A DNA stretch of 32,000 bases from Ktedonobacterales bacterium (GTDB lineage Bacteria > Chloroflexota > Ktedonobacteria > Ktedonobacterales > JADMIN01). A model generated the notes under the pieces. That model did not search any database. It saw only the letters and a list, made by a program, of their open reading frames with translations, and had not been told where the DNA came from. Where the stretch lies: assembly GCA_030167145.1 (NCBI GenBank), contig CP126532.1, forward strand, positions 2,970,001-3,002,000, read 5' to 3'. Below are positions 25,478 to 32,000 of this stretch, piece by piece (the stretch's first letter is position 1; every line of letters starts with the position of its first letter). Both the position numbers and the translations under genes were made by a program.

Positions 25478-27952
25478 CTATTGCCAGCTCGTCAGCGCGC
25501 CGCCAGGACTGCCCGGCAGCAGGCACGGTGGCGACGCCAGGCACGTCATCGGGATGTCTACGATCTGGTCTTTGGTCAGCGGACCATTGATGTTCACCCC
25601 AGGCGTCTTCCCATTCGGTGTGGAGACGGTCAGCGTCAAGGACTGGTTCGACCCCGGCTGATGCTGGAAGTCCAGGTAGTACTGCGCGTTGCCGTTAGCA
25701 TCCTGGATCACCATATTGGGCACGGTCCACGAGAGTTTGAGCGTGTATGACGTGTGGTCGAGCATGTAGACGTAGCCGCCCCACATCTGCCGGTCCGGCT
25801 CATCGCTATGATTGATCTGGTCGTCGCCCTGCATGTTCTGAAAGCCCTCGATGTGTGTCAGGTGGGCGCTCGCGGGGGCATAGATGCGCAGGTAGGTGAG
25901 GTAGTGGTCTGGGCCGAAGAGCAGACTCTTATTGGTGACGTTGAAGGTATAGGTGATGCTCAGATTGTGGGTGGCAGTGCCCTTGTCGTCCACCGTCACG
26001 TTGTCTACATACTTCATGGTGACGAACTGGCTACCCTTGTTCACGCCCACATTGGCGTCCACGATGGTCACGCCGTCGCCGGGGCCATGGGCGATGCTCG
26101 AATCATCGCCGTTGGCGGCGAGCAGCATTTCGGCGTTCTTGTCGCTCAGATAGATCTGAATATCGCGCGCATGGATGCTCTCGATCAGCGTCTGCACCAC
26201 TGCGCCAAGCTGCGCCGTGGAGAGGCCGTGCAGCTTCTCCATGAAGGCGCGGCCCAGTAGCGCGGTAAAGCGCTTGCGCGGGTCGCTGAGTTGGTCTCCC
26301 GGCGGGAATCCGGTACCTGGGTTGTTTGCCACAGTTTGTTGATAGTAATGGATCAGGAACTCCAGGTTGTTCGGCCCGACGGTTTCCGTCTTGTCTGGCA
26401 TCTGCACCTTGACGGAGCCGATCACCCCCAGGATGCGCCCAATGGCTGGCGGTGTCACCGCGACGACGCCCTGCACATCTGGCCCGCCCTCCTGCTTCAG
26501 CAGCTTCATGCCAAGCTGAGCCGACTCCGGGAAGCTCGGATACAGGTTGGAGTCGCGTAGGCCAAAGTCTTGGAATGGCCACCAGGAAGCATATTCAGCG
26601 GGCACTTGAGCGCCGCCGGTTTTCTTGGCGAAAGGAACGTCGAGCAGGTACGTGTCGCTCAGGCTGAACGGCTGCACCTTGCCATCGGAGAGCGTCATCA
26701 CGCCATAGTTGCCGATGAAGCCGCCGCCCGCGCGCATCTCGCTGCGGTCCATCAGTTCGATCAGCAGGCTATTGGGCTTGCCGATGCCCAGCAGGCTAGG
26801 CATGACGTTGATCCAGGCGCGAGCCTGCGCCACCAGCGCTTGCTCTTTGGGCAGGTCGTTCAGCAACTTCTGGATCTGCGCCATCTGCTGCGGCTTCACC
26901 AGCGACGATGGGATCGTCGAAGGATCCACATTGCCAAGGTAGGTGAATGCGCTATCGAAGTGATCGAAGGCGTCCGTGAAGTCGGCTTGCAGCGTCGCGA
27001 AGGTCTTGGCGTCGAGCTGCGGCGGAGGGGGTGTCGGCGTTGTCCCTGGTTTGGCCGTCGCCGTTGGCGTCGGCTTCGGCGTTGCCGTCGGCGTCACGCC
27101 GGGCAGTGGCGGCGCACTGCCGCTGGCGAAGAAGCCGCCCTTGAGGATGGCGAGCAGCATATCGCCATTATTCACGATATCCAGCCCGCCGAGTGCGGCT
27201 TCGTCCGCCCCCGCCGCCAGCGCGGCGAATGAGCGCATCGGCGAACTAACACCAGGGATATGACCAGCAACCGCGAGCGAGCCGCCACTCAGGTCGCCGC
27301 GCAGCCCCGCGAAGTCATGTTCCGCGCCCGTCAACTCCACTTTCAGCTTCTGGAGTGTGTCGGCGTTCAGCGCAGCGAAGGGGCTGCCCGATGCAGGCAG
27401 CAGCGTCTGGATATTGTGGACATGTTGCAGCGCCCCCCGCGCCTCGAAGCCGATACGCACGAAGCGCACCAGCGCATCCAGCGGACAGGCGAGCAGCACA
27501 ATCAGCAGGATAGAGAGGACGGCGGCGCGAGTCGCCTTCTGGCGTGTCCAGTAATTCTTATCCAGAAGGCGCGCGATGCCACGGCGCGGTGCGACAACCG
27601 GCGGACGCCGACCCTTCGCGCCAGCAGCGCCACGCCAGCCGCTGTCGTTCCAATCATGCGGAGAGCTTGCCGCGCCGTTCGTAGGTTCATCGGCCCAGAG
27701 GCGGCCAACAGCGGCGGGTGCGGCGGACCGCTCTGCGGCCCGGTTGCGCTCGCCGCGAGTTGGCGTCTGTGCTGGCTTCTTGGCGCGTTGGTCGCGTGTC
27801 CCATCGCTCCATGCGCGCTGATTCGCATGCTGATTCGCATTCGGATTCGCATTCGGATTGGCTTTCGCGGGTCCAGGGCGGCCCACGGCTGCGCCTCGAT
27901 TGCCCGCTCTGGAACGCGATGGGGGATTTCCGCGACCTCCAGACATCTCCAC
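25478..27952 (-). CDS. large membrane-anchored envelope protein, DUF4012-like (family call from memory)
   Basis: 824 aa with a GTG start (ATG alternative at 27946). Basic, disordered N-terminus with ANPN repeats, one TM segment (AAVLSILLIVLLACPL), then a large extracytoplasmic domain containing MRAGGGFIGNYGVMTLSDGKV. That resembles the DUF4012 core as I recall it. Confidence 0.6.
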   Translation of the reverse strand: MEMSGGRGNPPSRSRAGNRGAAVGRPGPAKANPNANPNANQHANQRAWSDGTRDQRAKKPAQTPTRGERNRAAERSAAPAAVGRLWADEPTNGAASSPHDWNDSGWRGAAGAKGRRPPVVAPRRGIARLLDKNYWTRQKATRAAVLSILLIVLLACPLDALVRFVRIGFEARGALQHVHNIQTLLPASGSPFAALNADTLQKLKVELTGAEHDFAGLRGDLSGGSLAVAGHIPGVSSPMRSFAALAAGADEAALGGLDIVNNGDMLLAILKGGFFASGSAPPLPGVTPTATPKPTPTATAKPGTTPTPPPPQLDAKTFATLQADFTDAFDHFDSAFTYLGNVDPSTIPSSLVKPQQMAQIQKLLNDLPKEQALVAQARAWINVMPSLLGIGKPNSLLIELMDRSEMRAGGGFIGNYGVMTLSDGKVQPFSLSDTYLLDVPFAKKTGGAQVPAEYASWWPFQDFGLRDSNLYPSFPESAQLGMKLLKQEGGPDVQGVVAVTPPAIGRILGVIGSVKVQMPDKTETVGPNNLEFLIHYYQQTVANNPGTGFPPGDQLSDPRKRFTALLGRAFMEKLHGLSTAQLGAVVQTLIESIHARDIQIYLSDKNAEMLLAANGDDSSIAHGPGDGVTIVDANVGVNKGSQFVTMKYVDNVTVDDKGTATHNLSITYTFNVTNKSLLFGPDHYLTYLRIYAPASAHLTHIEGFQNMQGDDQINHSDEPDRQMWGGYVYMLDHTSYTLKLSWTVPNMVIQDANGNAQYYLDFQHQPGSNQSLTLTVSTPNGKTPGVNINGPLTKDQIVDIPMTCLASPPCLLPGSPGGALTSWQ
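27818..27865 (-). repeat. in-frame 12-nt tandem repeat x4 in the 5' end of the DUF4012-like gene
   Basis: Plus-strand units ctgattcgcatg / ctgattcgcatt / cggattcgcatt / cggattggcttt, encoding KANPNANPNANQHANQ on the minus strand. Confidence 0.85.
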
Positions 27953-28054
27953 CCAACCCCTCTATGCTACTCGAATCAACTCATTGCAACCACGCGTGTC
28001 CTGTACCGTGTTGCCGCGCGCCTCACGCCAAGTATACGGCACATGCGGAAGCCG

Positions 28055-29437
28055 TCAACCCGCCGTCACCGGAATGGGTGCGCCCCGCTCAGCCCCTGCG
28101 CTGGCCTGAGCGGGGCGCACCAGCCGCCAAACATGCTCGCTGCCCGCGACCTTCGCGGTGGCGTTGCGCGTATCCACCACCAGCGGCGCCTCGCGCACGA
28201 CACGCGCGTAATCCACATCGCTATGATCCGTGACGATCACCACGCAGTCGGTGTTCCGCAGTGTCTCATCAGTCAGCGCGACGGCGGCGAGCGTCTCGTC
28301 CGGCAGCCGCAGTTCTGGCACGTGTGGGTCCGCATAGGAAATGGCAGCGTGGCGCTCGCGCAGCAGTTCGATCACGTCCAGCGCGGGCGACTCACGAATA
28401 TCGCCAACATCGCGCTTGTAGGTCACGCCGAGAATCAGAATGCGCGCGCCATTGAGGCATTTGCCGTGCTCGTTGAGCGCCAGCGTGATCTGCTCCACCA
28501 CGAAGCGTGGCATCTCGCCGTTGACCTCGCTAGCCAATTCGATGAAACGGGCGCGATAGTTCAACGAGCGCAGCTTCCAGGCGAGATAGTGCGGGTCAAT
28601 CGGGATGCAGTGGCCGCCCAGCCCTGGCCCCGGATAGAACGGCACGAAGCCGAAAGGCTTGCTCGCCGCCGCCGAGATCACCTCCCACACATCCACACCC
28701 AGCACGTTCGCCATCTGCGCCAGTTCGTTCGCCATGCCGATGTTGACGGCGCGGAAGGTGTTTTCCAGCAGCTTCACCAGTTCGGCGACCTTGGTGGAAC
28801 TGACCACCACCACGCGCTCGACTACGGTGCCATAGAGCGCCGCCGCCAGCCGCGAGCAGTCGGCGGTAACGCCGCCGATGACTTTGGGGGTGTTGCGCAG
28901 GCCATAGGTCGGGTTGCCCGGATCAATGCGCTCCGGCGAGAAAGCCAGGAAGAAGTCTTCGCCCGCGCGCATGCCAGCGGCTTCGAGCATCGGCTGCACC
29001 AGTTCTTCTGTGGTGCCGGGGTAGGTGGTGCTTTCCAGCACGATCACCTGCCCGCGATGCAGGGTCTTCGCTATATCCTCGGTGGCTTTCACGATATAGG
29101 AGATGTCCGGGTCTTTGGTCTTGCGCAGCGGCGTGGGCACACAGATGCTCACCGCGTCCACTTCGGCCAGGCGCGCGAAGTCGCTGGTAGCCGTGAATGC
29201 GCCGCGTTCCACGAGCTGCGCGAAGAGATTGCCGTCCACATCGGGGATGTGGCAGTAGCCAGCATTTAAGGCGGCGACTCGCGTGGTATCCACGTCGAAG
29301 CCGATAACCCGCAACCCCGCTTCGGCAAAGCCCGTAGCCAGCGGTAGCCCAACATAGCCCAGGCCAATCACCCCGACCACCGCGCGCCGCTCCGCGACGC
29401 GCGCCAGAAACTCCTCCGCGACCTGTCCATCCGCCAT
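28055..29437 (-). CDS. UDP-sugar 6-dehydrogenase (nucleotide-sugar dehydrogenase, WbpA/TviB/WecC-like)
   Basis: ORF 28055..29464. Preferred ATG at 29437 after GAGGAG. Rossmann motif VVGVIGLGYVGLPLATGFAEAGLRVIGFD, the catalytic-Cys context PGPGLGGHCIPIDP, and the C-terminal UDP-binding domain. Confidence 0.88.
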   Translation of the reverse strand: MADGQVAEEFLARVAERRAVVGVIGLGYVGLPLATGFAEAGLRVIGFDVDTTRVAALNAGYCHIPDVDGNLFAQLVERGAFTATSDFARLAEVDAVSICVPTPLRKTKDPDISYIVKATEDIAKTLHRGQVIVLESTTYPGTTEELVQPMLEAAGMRAGEDFFLAFSPERIDPGNPTYGLRNTPKVIGGVTADCSRLAAALYGTVVERVVVVSSTKVAELVKLLENTFRAVNIGMANELAQMANVLGVDVWEVISAAASKPFGFVPFYPGPGLGGHCIPIDPHYLAWKLRSLNYRARFIELASEVNGEMPRFVVEQITLALNEHGKCLNGARILILGVTYKRDVGDIRESPALDVIELLRERHAAISYADPHVPELRLPDETLAAVALTDETLRNTDCVVIVTDHSDVDYARVVREAPLVVDTRNATAKVAGSEHVWRLVRPAQASAGAERGAPIPVTAG

Positions 29438-29543
29438 GGTGATCTCTCCTCGAACCTGCTGCATGCGAGTATGTCATGTGCGTGCCGCACCAGGCGTCTA
29501 CCGGCGGGCGTCCCTATGGCATCCAGCGCACATGAATACAGCG

Positions 29544-30491
29544 TTACGCGATCTGGGCGCGCATCGCGTCTATCGTCTGCGCCAGACCCTCGCGGAAGCT
29601 GATCCGCGGGTCGTAACCGAGCAGTTGCCGCGCTCGCGAGATGTCGGCCAGGCTGTCGCGCACGTCGCCCGCGCGTGGCGCTTGATAGTCGGCGTTCGCC
29701 GGTGTGCCCAGAATCTCGCTGGTGATGCGCAGCACATCGTTGAGCGAGACACGCTCGCCGTACCCGATATTCATCGCAAAGCCAGAGGCATCGGGCGCGT
29801 CAGCCGCCAGCACGTTCGCCTGAACGACGTTGCCGATATAGGTAAAGTCGCGGGTCTGCTCGCCGTCGCCGAAGACGATAGGGCGCTGGCCGCTGAGCAT
29901 CGCGGTGATGAAGCGTGGAATGACCGCAGCGTACTCCGATTTGGGATCCTGGCGCGGACCAAAGACATTGAAGTAGCGCAGGGCGACGGTTTCCAGCCCG
30001 TAGATGCGCGTGAACACACCACAGAGTTGCTCGGCTGAGAGCTTCTGCACCGCATAAGGCGACATGGGCAAGGTTGGCATCGCTTCGTGCTTTGGCAGGG
30101 TGGGCGTATCGCCATAGACCGACGACGACGAGGCGTAAACCACGCGCCGCACACCGCTCTCGCGCGCCGCCAGCAGCACATTCAGCGTGCCGTTGATGTT
30201 CGTTTCGAGCGAGGCAACCGGCTCAGCAATGGAACGCGGCACCGAGGCGAGCGCCCCCTGGTGAAAGACGACCTCCGCGCCAGCGATGGCCGCGCGCACG
30301 GCATCGGCATCGCGCAGATCGCCGCTCACGAACTCGACGCTGTCGCCGCTGAGATGAGCAATATTGGCCTCTTTGCCGGTGGAGAGATTATCGAAGATAC
30401 GAACCGATTCGCCGCGCGTCATCAGCGCTTCGGCGATGTGCGAGCCAATGAAACCGGCTCCTCCGGTGATAACGAAACGTGCTGCCTTCAT
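29544..30491 (-). CDS. NAD-dependent nucleotide-sugar epimerase (extended SDR, WbpP/TviC-like 4-epimerase candidate)
   Basis: ORF 29544..30752. The 5' extension crosses the REP-like repeat, so I prefer the ATG at 30491 after GGGGAGG (5-nt spacer). Motifs MKAARFVITGGAGFIGSHIAEAL, the catalytic SPYAVQK (YxxxK) and NLSTGKEANI. Confidence 0.85.
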   Translation of the reverse strand: MKAARFVITGGAGFIGSHIAEALMTRGESVRIFDNLSTGKEANIAHLSGDSVEFVSGDLRDADAVRAAIAGAEVVFHQGALASVPRSIAEPVASLETNINGTLNVLLAARESGVRRVVYASSSSVYGDTPTLPKHEAMPTLPMSPYAVQKLSAEQLCGVFTRIYGLETVALRYFNVFGPRQDPKSEYAAVIPRFITAMLSGQRPIVFGDGEQTRDFTYIGNVVQANVLAADAPDASGFAMNIGYGERVSLNDVLRITSEILGTPANADYQAPRAGDVRDSLADISRARQLLGYDPRISFREGLAQTIDAMRAQIA

Positions 30492-30550
30492 CCAACCTCC
30501 CCAAGAACCTGAGCGCATCCCGATGCGCTGCTCCTTCGCGCGCCGCGCCA

Positions 30551-30586
30551 CGCCGCCATCTGCGTAGGGGTGTACGGCGTACGCCC
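30551..30586. repeat. GTAG-headed hairpin unit, left arm of a 32-bp inverted repeat
   Basis: cgccgccatctgc+gtaggggtgtacggcgtacgccc. Bases 30551-30582 are the exact reverse complement of 31577-31608. Confidence 0.9.
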
Positions 30587-30865
30587 GCCGTATACCCGCC
30601 GCGCGGCGCATGCGCGCGATTTCGCTAGTGTTATAGGCGCTAACGCCAGCAGTATACCAGCAGAGGTCGCCAGATGGGTAGGAGAGCCACGCTTTTGTAC
30701 CAGCGCCGCTGCCAGATGCCGCCGCTGAGCGCGCGACCACTGTAGCCTGCAATGCGATGGCGCGCGGGAGTTGAGTATGTATTGAGTATGTATGGTCAGG
30801 CAGGGGAACATTTTGAGCAGGATTGCGTTATGTTGGTAGGGATTTCTATTGAGAGGGGGTTGTTC

Positions 30866-31471
30866 ATGGTGTCCTTCCTTCGACGGCGGCTGTACGTCGG
30901 CTTTCTTTTCGCGCTGATGGCGCTGGCTGGCTGCGGGGTGACGGCGGTGAGCGCAGCGGATTGCTCTAGCCTGGGCGGTAGTCCAGGGACGAAGACCAGC
31001 GGCCCGATAACTATCGCCACCGACCACACGACCTACGCGGCGAATGCGCCGCTGGTGGTCACGGTGACGAATACGCTCAGCACCAGCATCTACGCGCCCG
31101 ACCACGCGGCGGACTGCTCGATTCTGGCGCTGCGCAGCGTGGCGGCAGGGCAGTCTACGCCACCCAACTTCCAATACGGGTGCGCGCTCGGCATCGCCAC
31201 GCGGCTGATCGAGATCGGCGCGGGCAAGTCCTACACGGCGACGATCCATCCAGGCTATCTGCACGAGGGAACATTTGCTCCGGGGACGTATCAACTGGCG
31301 TTGGCATACTTTCCGACAAACTCGTTCAGCGACGGAAACCGCACGGTCATCTATTCGCAGACGATCACCATCTCGACCTGCGGCGCGGCGACGCCGGTCA
31401 AGCCAGGGGCGGGTAGCACCGCGCAACCCGCCAGTGGCACGCCCGTGCAGGTCAGCGCGACGAAACCATAG
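30866..31471 (+). CDS. hypothetical lipoprotein
   Basis: ORF 30752..31471. Preferred ATG at 30866 after GAGAGGGGG. MVSFLRRRLYVGFLFALMALAGCG gives a signal peptide plus an L-A-G-C lipobox. No family recognised. Confidence 0.6.
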   Translation: MVSFLRRRLYVGFLFALMALAGCGVTAVSAADCSSLGGSPGTKTSGPITIATDHTTYAANAPLVVTVTNTLSTSIYAPDHAADCSILALRSVAAGQSTPPNFQYGCALGIATRLIEIGAGKSYTATIHPGYLHEGTFAPGTYQLALAYFPTNSFSDGNRTVIYSQTITISTCGAATPVKPGAGSTAQPASGTPVQVSATKP

Positions 31472-31572
31472 CGGTGTGCGTTCGCCTGTTTCTGGCAGCG
31501 TACTTGCTGAAAGTGTGCTGTCGTATCGTTCAGCGGGATGGCGCGTGCCGCCCGCTGGATAGGCCGCGCGGT

Positions 31573-31608
31573 GGGTGTACGCCGTACACCCCTACGCAGA
31601 TGGCGGCG
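31573..31608. repeat. GTAG-headed hairpin unit (inverted orientation), right arm of the 32-bp inverted repeat
   Basis: gggtgtacgccgtacacccctac+gcagatggcggcg. Bases 31577-31608 are the reverse complement of 30551-30582, checked base by base. Confidence 0.9.
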
Positions 31609-31646
31609 CGGCGCTCGCTCGCACATGCGGGGTGAGGAGGGGAGAT

Positions 31647-31805
31647 ATGTCGCGGCATCGTGTGCGGTGGTGGCATACAGCCTTGATGGGGCTGGCAGCG
31701 GTTGTGTTGATGGCGGCGCTGGCCGGATGTATGGGCGCGTCCACCACGCCCCAGCATCAATCCACGCCCATTCCGCCACAACCAGGAATGATCTGGCATC
31801 CGTAG
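31647..31805 (+). CDS. small hypothetical lipoprotein (52 aa)
   Basis: ATG at 31647 after GAGGAGGGG. MSRHRVRWWHTALMGLAAVVLMAALAGC has an L-A-G-C lipobox. It is short and no family is recognised, so the coding status is uncertain. Confidence 0.4.
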   Translation: MSRHRVRWWHTALMGLAAVVLMAALAGCMGASTTPQHQSTPIPPQPGMIWHP

Positions 31806-31892
31806 CTCGTTGGCTGTATTAAGCTGTGCAATGAGTGACCATCTTTGCGCGCCGCTGTGCCCACGCCTGGGCGTAGCGGCGCATCTTGTCCG

Positions 31893-32000
31893 CTAGCGGC
31901 CTTCCACCGCTGCTCTGCCCGCGTTCTGCAGGGTCGTGTCGTCGGGTGGCGCGTTGATCAGTCCTGCCCGCGCGTCGCGGAAGAGCCGTTCCAGGCGCAT
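31893..32000 (-). CDS. C-terminal end of an acyl-CoA dehydrogenase-family protein (partial, gene continues beyond the right edge)
   Basis: My minus-strand translation from the window edge reads (M)RLERLFRDARAGLINAPPDDTTLQNAGRAAVEGR*, with the stop at 31895-31893. The LERxxRDxRAG...PP..D pattern resembles ACAD-family C-termini. Only 35 aa are visible. Confidence 0.4.
   Translation of the reverse strand: MRLERLFRDARAGLINAPPDDTTLQNAGRAAVEGR

Noticed and set aside
30512-30529. 8-bp palindrome agcgcatc/gatgcgct just upstream of the epimerase RBS as a translational control hairpin
   Set aside because: The arms are separated by only 2 nt, so the effective stem is short, and it does not overlap the Shine-Dalgarno sequence (30497-30503). 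That is insufficient evidence for a regulatory call.

Overview
High-GC bacterial chromosomal window (roughly two-thirds G+C judged by eye, not computed) with dense coding. About 5.9-30.5 kb is a Wzx/Wzy-type surface-glycan biosynthesis locus in three transcription blocks. It holds four GT4 glycosyltransferases, an initiating polyprenyl-phosphate sugar-phosphate transferase, and a Wzz/PCP protein whose C-terminal BY-kinase-like domain has lost Walker A/A'/B. It also holds a 1058-aa MurJ/MOP-flippase fused to an O-antigen ligase/polymerase domain, and a WbpA/B/E/D-like enzyme set (UDP-sugar dehydrogenase, Gfo/Idh/MocA oxidoreductase, DegT aminotransferase, hexapeptide acetyltransferase). An SDR epimerase, an AsnB-type amidotransferase and a large DUF4012-like envelope protein complete it. 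A solo, apparently intact TnpB (IS200/IS605 family, OMEGA-type) element with an omega-RNA-like 3' hairpin interrupts the locus. Six intergenic gaps between 15.2 and 31.6 kb (five within the locus, one just beyond its right edge) carry GC-rich hairpins, most headed by GTAG (REP-like, several sequence classes). There is also a two-hairpin composite repeat present twice and a ~41-nt tandem array. Left flank: partial SDR gene, a lipoprotein, a lower-GC islet with a Cys-rich secreted protein and a possible IS remnant, an M3 oligoendopeptidase, and a secreted DMFase-beta-like protein. Right flank: two lipoprotein genes, one bracketed by a perfect 32-bp inverted repeat, and the 3' end of an acyl-CoA-dehydrogenase-like gene. 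I saw no rRNA, tRNA or CRISPR array. The taxon cannot be determined from the sequence alone; the gene content suggests Chloroflexota or Actinomycetota, but that is a guess. All family calls rest on motifs I recognise in the translations, not on database searches.
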